A stretch of DNA of 63,726 nucleotides, filler included, from Saprolegnia diclina VS20 (lineage: Eukaryota), in assembly GCF_000281045.1 (NCBI RefSeq). It is 22 parts of 18 records of this genome, joined end to end, with 100 filler letters (N's around TTAATTAATTAA, not from the genome) between each part and the next. Parts side by side here need not be neighbours in the genome. Positions count along the whole stretch, not along the records: positions 10,817 to 15,821 come from NW_008246325.1; positions 15,922 to 18,030 come from NW_008246326.1; positions 18,131 to 19,643 come from NW_008246326.1; positions 19,744 to 21,313 come from NW_008246327.1; positions 21,414 to 23,175 come from NW_008246327.1; 17 more parts are not named here. One strand, given 5' to 3'. This document shows positions 10,896-23,037 of the stretch, piece after piece. The position numbers were made by a program, and so were the translations under genes. Every line of letters starts with the position of its first letter. Within the stretch, counting starts at the first letter, position 1. The notes under the pieces are model-generated. The model was not told where the DNA came from. It ran no database searches and saw only the letters and a list, made by a program, of their open reading frames with translations.

Positions 10896-12242
10896 TTAGA
10901 AAATTATCGTGGCTGTCGCGTTGGTGGCATTGCCAAACACGGTTTGCGGCGCGTGCAGGGCCTTGAGGTCCATGACGCCGGCGCGCAAGAGGTTTTGGAG
11001 ACTCCACCCGTCGCCGCGCCAGTCGGTCGCGTGCGTCTTCCAGCTCCAGTACGTCCAGCCCGCGTTGGCTTCGTGGAGCGCCTTGAGCGCGTTGGTCGAG
11101 TACCGGCGCATGTTGTTGGGGTTGCGAAGGTCGTTGCGCACCAAGTCGCCGTGGGCCAAGCTCCACTCGCCAACAAAGACGCGCATGCCGCGGTGGGCTT
11201 TCCACTGCGTCATGTCGTTGGCGATCCAGCGCGGGCCTTCGGTGATGAGGCGCTCCATGGGTCAATTCTCAAAGCCCCAAATAAGATACTTGTGCCAATC
11301 GATCCAGTTGTTGCGGTGGGGTGGCAGCACGTTGGCCCACTTGTGTCCAAATGACTCGTACTGTTCACTCAAGAATGGCGACATGAGGAGGACGCAGTTG
11401 CCGCAAATCGACCGGAGACTCGGGTACGCACTGGTGTAGTAGAGCTTGAGTTTGGTTTCGTCCGTCGTGTGCACTTGCTTGGGATCGAACGTCGGCTCGT
11501 TCAAAAGCTCGAGACCGAGAAACGCCGGGCTAGCCGCATACCGGTTGACAAGGAATTGAGCGGTCTACATCAACATTGACGTTATGTCCATGATCTTGTG
11601 GACTGCAAATCGAGGTTTCGTACAGTGATGGTCACAAACACGTTGTTGGCGTTGTTTGTGAAGTGCGACTCGCCCTTGGTGACGGGCGAGCTGTTGTCGT
11701 TGCCGTTCTGGGACCCTTTGGCAGCGTGGATGTCGACGAGCACGGCCACATTGTGCGTGACGGCCCACTCGTTGATGAGGCGGTCGAGGTACGCCAAACT
11801 GCCCGGCGTAAACACGCGCCAGTCGTCCGTCCAGTCGACTAAGCTCCAGCGATTGCGTCACATTTACGAGAGAACGCACCATAGGGTCTTCGTAGATTCA
11901 CCACCCGACGGGCACGCGCACCGTGTTGAGACCGTAGGACGCAATTTCCTTGATATCGTCCTCGGTGATCCAACTGTCGCGGTGCGCTTTGATGAGCGGG
12001 TCGGCGACCGCATGCCCCAACAGCTGCATCGCGGTGTACTCACCCCAGTCGCGCTTGTCGGCGGGCACTTGCCACCAAATCGGCGACGTTTGCGTCATAA
12101 AGTGTTCGATGATGAGCCACGCTCCGAGGTTGACACCGCGAGAGAGCACTGCGCCGGTGCGAATGTCGTCTTGCACATGCCGTGCCCACGCTTGGGCGAT
12201 AGCTAGCAGCAGCAGTAGCAACACGAGAGGTCGCGCTCGCAT
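10896..12242 (-). pseudogene. GH5 exo-1,3-beta-glucanase, disabled tandem copy
   Basis: Signal peptide, RGVNLGAW, VRVPVGW, NEP and GEWS catalytic motifs; TGA at 11898-11900 and 11262-11264 where the neighbouring paralog has Trp; the phase-matching intron-1 acceptor reads GG rather than AG (~11831). Confidence 0.85.
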
Positions 12243-12865
12243 GGCGATTTGAAAAATGCAAGATGCTGGCTGCACGCCTGTCGTCGACGGGCGTCTTCAA
12301 GGTTGCGCCGACGTGAGTGCTTGTGGTCGGCCGAGATCCGAGCTGGTGTAATCAACAATTTGCAGCGTCAGCGCAAATGCGCCCATACAAGGCGATAAGT
12401 TATAGAGCCAAACGATATACTTATAGAGCGACATAGCTAGATTGGTTGGCGAGTAGGGTTGAAGGTACCCACTGCGTTTACACCCTGGTGATGCGTGGGT
12501 CCCGCCTTCCGCGTACCAGACGTCGTACTACCCGCGAGTGCTGTATAGCGGCGCAGAGGGCTCAAGGATCTGTGCCATGTTGACACTGCGTGCGTCTCTG
12601 GTGGCGGTTGTTGAAAGACGGGCCGTGACGCCTCCGTCGGACAGGCTGCCCATCTGGTCCAGCGGTCGCTTGTCGTGCCAAAAATGATGCGGATCGCGGA
12701 TTGGCTGCAAACGAGCCAATCGGTGCGCAGTGAGGCAGTGGGTTGCTCAGGACAGAGACTCTTCGCTTTCTACGAAGCGAAGCTCGCACAACGCCCAGCA
12801 TGGTTTCATTGGGAGCCATAAGATTCGTTAAACGCAGAAATACTAAAGTTGAAATTTGTCTAGCA

Positions 12866-14160
12866 TTACACAAAACCGTTCAACTTGATGATACCCTTCC
12901 TCAAAAGCGACTGCATGTTCCAGCCAAACGTCCTCCAGTCTGACGAGTCGATCTTCCAGCTCCAGTACGTCCAGCCGGCCTTGGCGTTGCTCATGGCCTG
13001 GAGCGCGCGGTTGGCGTATCTCGTCATCGTCGTCGCGTTGGAGAGGTCGACGAGAATGCCCTCCGCGGCGGCAAGGCTCCACTCGCCGACAAAGACGGGC
13101 GTCGGCCGCTTGCTCTGCCAGAGCGTAATGTCGTTCGTGATCCACTGCGTCCCGACGTTGATAATGTCGTTGACGTTCCAGTTCTCATAGCCCCAAATGA
13201 GGTACTTGTGCCAGTCGATCCAGTTGTTGCTCGCTGCCGGCAGTATGTTGGCCCACTCGTTCCCGAACGACTCGTACTGCTCGCTCAAGTACGGCGAGAG
13301 CATGATGACGCAGTCGGCACAAATGGCCCGGAGCTTGGTGTAGAGGTGCTTGTAGTAGAGCTTGACCTTGCTTCGGTCGATGTTGTAGACGCGGTCCGAG
13401 TAAACGGTGGGTTCGTTGAGCATTTCGAGACCGATGAACGCCGGACTGGCCTTGTACCGGTTCATGAGGAAGAGAGCCGACTACATTCCAATAGCGAGTT
13501 AGTACCTTCGAAGAGTCCTACATCAAAGGGATTGGTACCTGCATGGTGGCATAGACGTTCTCGGCGTCATCGGTGAAGTGGGACTCGCCGCTTATTGGCG
13601 GAGCGCTGTGGCCCTCGCCGTTCTGCGAGCCTTTGGCGGCGTGCATGCCAACGAGCACGGCGACGTTGGCTTTCGCAGCCCAGTTGTTGATGAGGTTGTC
13701 GAGGTACGCCAGACCGCCAGGCGAAAAGCTCTGCCACGCTGGGTCCTACCACGACAGGGGTCAGGCCTTCACTCGCCTGAGTCGCTCATCGGCGTACCTC
13801 CGGATCTTCGTAAATCCACCACCCGACCGGCACGCGCACTGTGTTGAGACCGTAGGACGCAATCTCCTGGATGTCGGCCTCGGTGATCCACGTATCTCGG
13901 TGGGCCTTGAAGAGCGGGTCGGCGACGGGTCGAGTGAGCGCGGTCACGGTCACATGCTCGCCAAGCTCGCGCTTCTCGGCCGAAACGTTTTGGAAAATGG
14001 GGCTGTTGGGCATCATAAAGTACTCGGTGACGAGCCACGCGCCGAGGTTGACGCCCCGCGCCTTGACCGCGCCGTTGCGGATGCTGGACGCGACGTGGGC
14101 CGACGCGAGAGCGGCCAGCAGCACCGTCGCGACCAGTAGTCGGAGGTGTGTCGAGTACAT
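12866..14160 (-). CDS. Secreted GH5 exo-1,3-beta-glucanase, three exons, intact
   Basis: Signal peptide, RGVNLGAWLV, VRVPVGWW, GSQNG, NEP acid/base, GEWS nucleophile, GWTYWSWK; two short phase-0 GT-AG introns (~13797-13746, ~13538-13482). Confidence 0.92.
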
Positions 14161-15452
14161 CCAAATGGCAAATGGCGAATGGCAGATCCGTCCAGGAGGG
14201 TTCGTTGCCGAAACATCTGCAACCTTGCCAGATGGCGCTGTGTCTTGTAGCTGTTGGTGGTGTGGGATTTACACGCGGCGACTGTGTGCCAACGGTGCGT
14301 CGATCGATTTTCAGTGAGTAATCTTGTCTCTACCAATATGCATCGTGTATGTAGGGTGCCGCTCTGGGGTTCTGGGGTGTAGCGTTGCACGCTCGCGATA
14401 GGCCGAGTGCGACGCGTTGCCATCTGTCAGGTAGCTATCAAGACTCTCGACACATCGATGTCGCGCGCAAAATTCGGAAGACTCATTACAAAAACAACAT
14501 CGATGGCGCACGTGTGTGTGGCTGGTCCCGGATCGATGCCATCCCCGACCTATAGAAAAATGGAGTCGAGCGGATCTCGTGGCACCGTATACGACCTCCA
14601 CATTACAACGCCAAGGTCCCTCACTGCTGATTAGTGCGTCTTTGCCAACGACTTGGATGCGAGTACGCTCTACCCACGCTGCTTTGACGGTATTCCCATC
14701 AGGTCGGCAACAAATGCAATCGGCTTTTGGATACGTGTAGGTTGGCGCAAAGGGGAACTCGACGGCATTTTGATCGACACGCGCCGACTTGGGCAAAAAT
14801 GGTCACCGAGACGATTCCACTGGGTTATACAATACGAATTGATCATGTACTACATAATGTTCTTGTGTGGTGTTGTAGCTCGACTGCCAGCCGGGTATCG
14901 CAATAAAGCGCTCTACAGGCCTATGTTCGAGAGTCTAGTACAAGTAACGACAGCAGCGGTACGCCCCCGCACTTGAAAATCAAACGTAGAATCCATATAA
15001 CAACAATTCTCAGCCTTCAAGATTGAGTCGTCGGTGTGGGTTCGTTGTGTCCTACACATGTTGGAGAGCCGGTTTCCTATCATTTGCGTGTGGACGGTTG
15101 AATGCGTTACACTGAGGTTAACGTGTGGACGGTGAGACCGGTCGGAACCGCCACGATCGTGTCCTATCCGTTCATGACGGCGAAAAGTCAGGCGTGCTAC
15201 GTGCTCGGACGTCGTAAAGATGGCGCGGGTCACAGGTGATAGATTATGCTGATCGTACTTGACGTCTCCGGTCGTCACACCCCTTTTTGTGATAGGGTGG
15301 GCTGGGACAACTGCGTCCGAGCCTTGACGCAAAACTGATCCGTGAGCCTGCGCCAGATGGGACGTGACTGCACGGCTGAACGTTGCGCCTCCTCGCGGTA
15401 GCCAAAAATATTTCATTCGACAGTCGCACGACCGAATCTGGTCAGTTGGAGG

Positions 15453-15468
15453 CCACTTTTGAATTTGC
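15453..15468 (+). promoter_or_regulatory. Oomycete INR-FPR core promoter element
   Basis: CCACTTTTGAATTTGC about 10 nt before ATG 15478; similar elements precede starts at 32695, 41792, 41486(-), 55012 and 35933(-). Confidence 0.65.
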
Positions 15469-15477
15469 ACCAAAGTC

Positions 15478-15821
15478 ATGAAGGCTGCATCTACCAGCTT
15501 GTTGTTGTTTGCGCTGAGTTTGCTCGCGACGGTCTCGGACGCCAAAGCGCCGGCGTGCGTCAACCTTGAGCAGAACGTCGACTACTACGGCAACGACATT
15601 GCGAGTGTCGTCGAGTCCAACTACCAAAAGTGCTGCACGTGGTGCCAGATCGTCGATGGCTGCAATGTGTACATCTGGAACAGCTACAATGGTGGCACGT
15701 GCTGGCTCAAGTCGAAGAAAGGGCCGTCTTCCACACAATGGGGGGCCTACGCCGGCTCGATCCCCAGCACTCCCATTTCGCCCCCAACGCTTCCGCCGAC
15801 CACGGCTCCCACACCCACACC
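15478..15821 (+). CDS. Secreted PAN/Apple-domain (CBEL-like) protein with Pro/Thr linker (3' partial)
   Basis: Signal peptide; NVDYYGNDI...CCxxC...GC...W...GTCWLKS pattern; PT-rich tail. Confidence 0.88.
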
Positions 15822-15921
15822 NNNNNNNNNNNNNNNNNNNNNNNNNNNNNNNNNNNNNNNNNNNNTTAATTAATTAANNNNNNNNNNNNNNNNNNNNNNN
15901 NNNNNNNNNNNNNNNNNNNNN

Positions 15922-16591
15922 CGCGCCGCGCGCGCTCCTCGGTGCGGTGCAGCTGGATCTTGGTATTGTGGAGCTCGACCTTGAGGTCGGCGCTGATGGT
16001 TGTAGCCGTCACACGCTGGACCCGAGCGGCTTCGTGCAGCGCAGCGACTTGGGCTCGGAGCTCGGTGATCACATTGTCTCTGGCGGCAAGCGTTGCGTCT
16101 TTGGAGGCGACGACGGTCTGCAGCGCCTTGGTACTTTGGGCCGCGCACTCGGTCGTGCGGTGGAGTCGAATCTTCAAATTGTGTACTTGGACCTTGAGGT
16201 CGGCGCTGATCTCGGTAGCAGTGACGCGCTGGACCCGCGCGGCTTCGTGGAGGTCGGCGACGTTGGTCGTGAGGTGGGCAATGGTCGTGTCTTGGGTGGC
16301 GACTTTCGTCTGCAGCGTCTGGATGGTCTCGACATTGTCAGGCAACGGACGAAGCTGCGTGTCGTACCCTGCCTTGGCACTGCCAAGGCAGGGTATGACG
16401 GCTGCCAACTTGGCAGCCGTCAAGAGCTTGTAGGCAAAAGGGCGGAGGCCGAGAAGCACGCGGCGCATCCCGAGGGTGCGGACGAGCATGGCCATGAGGA
16501 AGCCGGCGGCGAGGTAGCGCTGGGATTTGGCCCTCGTGCGCGGAATGTAGAGCGCAAGGAAGCCAAGCATCGGGGTGGGCGTCGTCATCAT
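15922..16591 (-). CDS. Hypothetical coiled-coil protein with ~71-aa internal repeat and hydrophobic N-terminus (3' partial)
   Basis: Open frame; LHEAARVQRVTATxISADLKV repeated 213 nt apart. Confidence 0.65.
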
Positions 16592-16699
16592 CGTGGTAGA
16601 GCAGTGTACGTTTGAAAATGAGGTCACTAGTAAAAGCAGGCGTCGTCATCATCGTGGTAGAGCAGTGTACGTTTGAAAATGAGGTCACTGGTAAAAGCA
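16578..16699. repeat. 61-bp direct tandem duplication spanning the core promoter and start codon
   Basis: 16578-16638 and 16639-16699 differ at one base. Confidence 0.92.
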
Positions 16700-17604
16700 G
16701 CGTCCGAGCCTTTTGTACGAACGCCTTTGCGTTAGGAAGCTCTGGCTATTGCTTCTTCTCAACCTAACGTCGATTGTTCAGATGGACTATCGATGACACT
16801 CGTAGTGCATTCACCTACAGTGTAGAGGCTATGGATATGGGATCCTGCGCTGGGAACTGCCAATATCGCAATCGCAAGCATCCCCAACTACCTGCTCGTA
16901 GTCGTGTTGCCCGATTTGATCGATTGCTAGTAGCAATTATCGGGCTCCAGGTGGAGGTGAAGTCATGCAAGGGTGTACCAGGTTGCACGTCGAAAGAGAA
17001 AAAGGTTGTCGGTGGATCGTGCGCATGTGGCGGGAAATCCCGCATACCTCGGTAATCCGATATTTGGAATATGTATTGTTGGAGTGCATATCTTTGGTCA
17101 GTTCCCGATGGCGCCACAACAAGCAAGGACGAGATAGCGCGCTGGACAAGGAGAACGACCGGGTGGAAGCGCGGCCGATGCACGGGAAGAGCGTCGTGGG
17201 ACCGAAGGCAACTGCCGGCCTGCACTCCATGTGCTACCGCCCCGCCGGCGACAGCGCAGGTCCGTGACCTCGTCCTGTACGATGAGCTCAAGTGATGGCG
17301 GGATGTAGAGCCCCACTAACGTTAGCAGACGATCAAGCCATACGACCAGGAGCGGCAAGAAGCGAGTGGCCGACGCCAAGCCCGGTGCCAAACGCGAACC
17401 CCAAGAGGTACCATCGGCCAGCTCTGGCAGGGATTGACCGACTGCAATCTAGGCTGCGACTGCAGTGATGAGCTTCCATTACGCGGTCCTCACTCTGTGG
17501 TCATGAGGTCTACTATACACGTACTAGTAGCGCAAGTGGTGGTGACACGGAGGTTTGATTATTTGGAGCACTTCCACGACCGCGTCGTCGCTACACGCAG
17601 ATGG

Positions 17605-18030
17605 TTACGGCGCGCTCGGTGGCGGAGGCGGCGCTTCGGCCACGTCGCTCATATGTGCATCGTCGTCGCCGCACTTGGCGCTCTCAGCCTTTTTGGCCTT
17701 GGCGGCCTTGGCCTTGGACCGCTTCGAGACGTCGTCTTCGCACTTGACGCGCTTGGGATTGGACCCACTGCTGGGCTTAGCCTTGCGTTTCGGCGCCGTC
17801 GCAACCGGGGAGCTCGGCGGCGTGATCGAGAGCGTCGGCATGAGCACAGGCGTCGCGCCCGACGCCTCCCACTCGGCCACGTCGGCCATGAACGACTGCA
17901 GCCGCGCGCCCCACGGACACGTGAGCGGCAGCTTCATGTACTCGTTGAGGACGACTTGGATCTTGGCGTTCTCGAGCTTTTTGCCCGTATTGACGAGCTT
18001 GGCCACGATCTTCTTGGTCTTGGAGACCCA
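17605..18030 (-). CDS. C-terminal fragment of a Lys-rich, probably nuclear protein (5' partial)
   Basis: Coding-like codon bias, open from scaffold edge, NLS-like PKRKAK and PKRVK; family not confidently recognised. Confidence 0.55.
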   Translation of the reverse strand, partial: WVSKTKKIVAKLVNTGKKLENAKIQVVLNEYMKLPLTCPWGARLQSFMADVAEWEASGATPVLMPTLSITPPSSPVATAPKRKAKPSSGSNPKRVKCEDDVSKRSKAKAAKAKKAESAKCGDDDAHMSDVAEAPPPPPSAP

Positions 18031-19744
18031 NNNNNNNNNNNNNNNNNNNNNNNNNNNNNNNNNNNNNNNNNNNNTTAATTAATTAANNNNNNNNNNNNNN
18101 NNNNNNNNNNNNNNNNNNNNNNNNNNNNNNGCTTTTCGGTAACTCTTTAACTATTGCATCTCGACTTATTGCATTCAGAGATTGATACATGGATTATTGA
18201 TACACGAAATTTGAAAAAGTGAGCTATGCTGGCTCGCTCTCGCTAGCGACGTGTGCCACACCGTGAGCACCTGGACGAGCAGGACCCGATGCGCGCGCTG
18301 GCGCTCCTCGTCCTCCTCGTGCTGGCCTTGCTCAAACCACGAGCGCAGCGAGTGCACTCGACTATAGCCGCGGTCCGTGCGATAGCGCACTATGCTATGC
18401 GCGAGCGTTGCGAGTGCATGTGGCATCATTCGCGTTGCGCCAATCCTGATCGTAGTGTGTGCACTTGCGATAGTGCACGGCAGCGTGGTAGGATATTGTG
18501 CGCGATAGTGTAATGTACGAGCGCAGTGAGTGCATCTGGTATCGTTGGGGCCTGCGCGATAGAGCGGGACCGCAATACTACGCGGGAGGGTAGGAGGGCG
18601 TGGTGTTAGATCAAAGTTAGATCGTGATGTTAGAATCGTATCTGGATTTTACGTTCCTTTGCAGGTTTCTATTGCAATCCGCGCACAAAGCACAGTGTAG
18701 AAGATCCAATTTGGTGCGGACGCCAGACTCTGCGGCCGAGCGCGAGCAGCGGAAGCGCCAAGCTGCTCGCGCCCTGGCGACATCGACTCTGATCGAGGAG
18801 GCCAAGGATCTCAAGCGGAAGATCGCCGCGAGACAGAGGCGACGGCAGCAAACCAAGGCATCGGCCACTGCATCTCCAGGCGAAGCGCGCGCGTGCAGCG
18901 GCCGCGCCTGTTACTGTAGAATCGCTGGGCCTGCAAATCCGAGAAGCGATCCTTTAAACCACCTCATGAACGTTATACATCCTGCAATGTTGATCAAGCT
19001 GTTGTGGCCTCTATGCGTGGAGCGTCCTGCAATGTGTAGTATTGGACGCGCTGAAATGATGCGAAGGTTGAAGCGGCTAAGAAAGAGCTTTTCACGTGGC
19101 TTTTCGCTCAGGGAGAAAAAGGGCGCGAGGCCTGCATTACCGCTGCACCTCGGGTGAGGCGTGGCGGGTTGCTTAGCGGAGAGCGAAAACTAGAAAGCTA
19201 GGCTCTGCCGACCAGTCGTTGGTTTCGCCGAGCCGCCTTCTCTTGAAAAGTCCGTTTCGACTCCTTGCAGGCGCGAAACACCCACTTCCCGGACGGCTCT
19301 AACAATAACAACCCACATCTAAGCGAGATCGGGACGATGCCCCCCACCCCCACCGCACAATGGAAAATGATTTTGACGTTGACAACACTGGATCCCTACA
19401 AAGAATCCACCAGGTGCACCGCAACGCAGCGGAGGTTGCACCCAAGGGATTTAATATCCCTTGGTTGCACCGCAGTGTAGTTTCCGGCTGAAGGCCGGTA
19501 GCGGTCCGCTGGGCACCGCAACGAAGCGGAGGTCGCGTCCGTCGCACGCGTCCATCACACATTCGCCATGGGAATGCGTGCTTGCAGTGGGAAGGGTACG
19601 TTGGACGTGCATAGTACAAGAGCCCGTAAGGGTGGAAGGCATCNNNNNNNNNNNNNNNNNNNNNNNNNNNNNNNNNNNNNNNNNNNNTTAATTAATTAAN
19701 NNNNNNNNNNNNNNNNNNNNNNNNNNNNNNNNNNNNNNNNNNNC

Positions 19745-21070
19745 GAGCTCCTCTCGAACCCGAGCATTCTCTTTCTGGACGAGCCGACGACCGGTCTCGA
19801 CTCGCGCGCCGCCACGATCGTCATGGAGTGCGTCAAGCGCATTGCGCAGTCGGGTCGCACGGTCGTGTGCACGATCCACCAGCCGTCGACCGTCCTTTTC
19901 GAGCTCTTTGACAAGCTGCTGCTGCTCCAGTCGGGCGGCCAAATGGTCTACTACGGCCCGCTCGGTCTCGAGTCGGTCGAGATGCTCGAGTACTTTGGTC
20001 AATTCCGGGGTCTGCCGCCGCTCCAGCGTGGCGAGAACCCGGCCACGTACATGCTCAACTGCATCGGCGCCGGTACGAATGGTCCCAGCGTCGATGTCGA
20101 CTTTGCTGACTCCTATACGACGAGCCCTCTCGGTGCCATCAACGCGTCGCTGATCGCGGCAAGCTGCGCGCCGACGAGGCCACACGCCATGACAACACTC
20201 CGAACTCATGACGCGGTGTCGTTTCTGCGCCAAGTGCAGCTGCTCACGGGCCGGCAGTGGACCATGTACTGGCGCAGTCCGACGTACAATGCGTCACGGC
20301 TCGCGCTCGTCGTCGTGCTCTCGGCCGTCTTTGCCTCGCTCTACTGCAACAGCCGCATCGAGTCGGTCATGGACGTTGTCGCTCGCATGGTGCTCATCTT
20401 CACCGGCGTCGTCTTCATCTCGGTCTCGATGATGTCGACGAGCATCCCGTACATGGCCAAGTTCCGCGGCGTCTACTACCGCGAGCGCATGTCGAGCATG
20501 TACGCGCCGTCGTCGTACGCGATCGCGCTCTTTGTCGTCGAGTTGGTCTATGCGACCGTGCTGGCGACCATCTACTTCAACGGGTGGTACTGGCTCGTGG
20601 GCCTGAGCACGTCGCCGTCGGCGTACCTCTGGTTTTGGCTCGTACTTTCGCTGAGCATGGCCATGTGGTCGTACATTGGGCACCTCCTTGTGTTTGCGCT
20701 GCCGACGTTCCAAGTCGCTGTGCTGCTCTCGAGCGGCCTTGCCGCCCTCCTCTTCGTCTTTTCCGGGTACATGATCAACGGCAACACGCTCAGCCGCGGG
20801 TGGCGCTGGATGTACGCGGCGAGTCCGCTCCACTACACGTTCGAGGCGATTCTCATGACGCAGTTCCACGGCGACAACCGGTTGGTCGCCAACCCGCTCA
20901 GTTCCCCCGTGCACATGCAGCCGGTTGAGGACTTTGTCGGCGCCTTTTTTGCCCACTCGTTCGACTACGCCAACCGGTTCTACGATGCCATGCACCTCGG
21001 TGTCATCCTCGTCGTGATCCAACTGGCGCTGCTGCTCTGCTTGGCCAAGGTCTGCCACCTCGAACGCTAG
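19745..21070 (+). CDS. ABCG/PDR transporter, end of NBD plus terminal TMD (5' partial)
   Basis: LFLDEPTTGLDSRAA, CTIHQPS, ENPATYML, YWRSPTYN, YYRER, six TM helices; stop TAG. Confidence 0.93.
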   Translation, partial: ELLSNPSILFLDEPTTGLDSRAATIVMECVKRIAQSGRTVVCTIHQPSTVLFELFDKLLLLQSGGQMVYYGPLGLESVEMLEYFGQFRGLPPLQRGENPATYMLNCIGAGTNGPSVDVDFADSYTTSPLGAINASLIAASCAPTRPHAMTTLRTHDAVSFLRQVQLLTGRQWTMYWRSPTYNASRLALVVVLSAVFASLYCNSRIESVMDVVARMVLIFTGVVFISVSMMSTSIPYMAKFRGVYYRERMSSMYAPSSYAIALFVVELVYATVLATIYFNGWYWLVGLSTSPSAYLWFWLVLSLSMAMWSYIGHLLVFALPTFQVAVLLSSGLAALLFVFSGYMINGNTLSRGWRWMYAASPLHYTFEAILMTQFHGDNRLVANPLSSPVHMQPVEDFVGAFFAHSFDYANRFYDAMHLGVILVVIQLALLLCLAKVCHLER

Positions 21071-21414
21071 AGGAGGCGCTACGCGTAGTTGCTCGATTCC
21101 ATTTATACATTCAAGTCTTGTACTAGTACCTCCTAACCTGCGTGCTGACGAAGTCTTGTGCCAGGGTCGCTAGACGAATTGGGTCTCTACGAGAAGCAGT
21201 CAGGTCCGACAACCCTACTGTAGCAATGGCGTGGATGACTGTGTCCGTTTCAACATGACGGTTCGAACTCGCTGCTGCTGTGTGTGATGCTCGAGCGTAT
21301 GCAGATCTCCTTTNNNNNNNNNNNNNNNNNNNNNNNNNNNNNNNNNNNNNNNNNNNNTTAATTAATTAANNNNNNNNNNNNNNNNNNNNNNNNNNNNNNN
21401 NNNNNNNNNNNNNC

Positions 21415-21495
21415 GGCGGCGGCGGCTGGAACTCTGGTGGCGGCGGCGGCGGCTGGAACACCGGTGCTACTGGTGGCTACCTCCGCAAGGTCTAA
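21415..21495 (+). CDS. C-terminal end of a glycine-rich repeat protein (GGGGWN repeats; ...GGYLRKV*)
   Basis: In-frame translation from scaffold edge to TAA 21493-21495. Confidence 0.6.
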   Translation, partial: GGGGWNSGGGGGGWNTGATGGYLRKV

Positions 21496-21857
21496 CTCGT
21501 CAAGCGCCACTTACTTGTATCGCCCTCTTGCGTAATATGTCTCAAAACAAACGTCGTGGTGCTCTTTTCCAAAGTTACTCTTTAGCGAATCCATGAAGCG
21601 TACCGTTTAGCTGCTAATCCCTGGGCTTTCCTCATTGATGGATGTCTCATAGGCCGGTGATTCGACGCAAACTCTTCCAGTCGTGAGCCTTCGCAAAAAT
21701 CTTCGGGCCTTGGTCACTGAGAGGACGGGACCATGGTCCGATCCGATCCATCCGCCGTCACCAGCTGCCATGAACGTACTTGGCGCAATAAACTGAGTGG
21801 TCCAGGTCCCAAACCAGCAATTATCCGATTCTTACTTTTAAAAGGTAGCATTGCACC

Positions 21858-23037
21858 ATGCGGGAGGTCGTCGCCGTCGACCATCTCGCGTGTGTCAACG
21901 CCTATTACACCAGCATGCGCGTCTCGCTGCAGAGTCTCCGCGCTCCGGTCGAGCCTTATGCCCGGGCGTCGGCGTCCAAGAAGCGCAAGCGATCGAAAGC
22001 GGCGTCGTCGCACAACCCCGAGCCGCCGGCACCCGCGCTGCTTGCCCACTTGGAGGAGGCGCGCTTGCTTGTCCTCGACGCCGTTGTCGCCCAGGCCACG
22101 CCGCTAACGATGTCTATCGTCGAGCGCATTGAGCCAATGGTGCAGATGCTGACCGCCTCGGAGAGCATCGTCGCCAACGACTCGGACGACGATGGCCTCG
22201 TCATGCAGGACGGCCACCAGTTCCTCTTGCCGCGCCAAGCTACGTACTTTCTCGGTGACGTTCGGAAGCTCACGGCGGCAGACTTGCCGGGTCCTTTCCG
22301 CCTCGTCGTGATCGACCCGCCGTGGGACAACAAGAGCGTCGCCCGCAATGGCACGTACGCCACCATGCACGAAGCCAACTTGCTTCCGCTGGCGGCAATG
22401 CTCTCTGCGTCCATGGACCCGGCCGGCTGCATCGTTGCGATCTGGGTCACCAACAAGCCGGCGTACATGACGTTCCTCCTCGACGCGCTCCTGCCGGCGA
22501 TGCGCATGGACTCGTCGTGCCCGCTCGCCGTCTGGACGTGGCTCAAAGTGGCGACGACGGGCGAGCCCGTGACGCCGCTCGCGTCGACACACCGGTTGCC
22601 GTTTGAGCGTCTGGTCGTGGCCGCGCGAGGCCCCGCGGCCTTTTGCGACGCCTTCCGCGCGCTGCCCGAGCAGACGCTCGTGAGTGTGCCACTGCGCCAC
22701 TCGTGGAAGCCGCCGATCGACCACCTCTTCCCGCCGAGTCTTGTGCCATCGAACTCGCCTAAGCTCGAGCTTTTTGCCCGCGAACTTCGACCGCACTGGA
22801 CCTCGGTCGGCAACGAGGTTGCGCTGACACTTGTTGCAACGGCTCTGATGGACGGAAGCGTAGGTGCTCAAGTTTCAAGATTTGCGCCTCTTCACGCTGG
22901 CCACCGACGACGACGACGACGACGAGGGTGCTCGGCGCGATGCGGGCCTCGAGCGAGACGCCGGCGAGGACGGCGAAAGTTCGTGCACTGGTAACGCTAC
23001 TAGTAGCACAAATAGGGTTGCCACCAGCGAGGTCTAG
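21858..23037 (+). CDS. METTL4: MT-A70 family N6-adenine methyltransferase, METTL4-like (~377 aa, two exons)
   Basis: IDPPWDNKS catalytic motif, IWVTN, WTWLKV, HSWKPP, LELFAREL; removing intron 22818-22863 gives WTSVGNEVLKFQ, the METTL4-type C-terminal motif; stop TAG 23035-23037. Confidence 0.88.

Noticed and set aside
9507..11900. UGA reassigned to Trp (three TGA codons at conserved Trp sites)
   Set aside because: TGA is the true terminator of intact genes here (SulP, Myb, microproteins), TGG is used freely, and both affected genes carry other lesions.
18131..19643. Short signal-peptide-like ORF (MRALALLVLL...) and E/R-rich ORF fragments
   Set aside because: No recognisable domain, start context or splice model; probably decayed repeat DNA.
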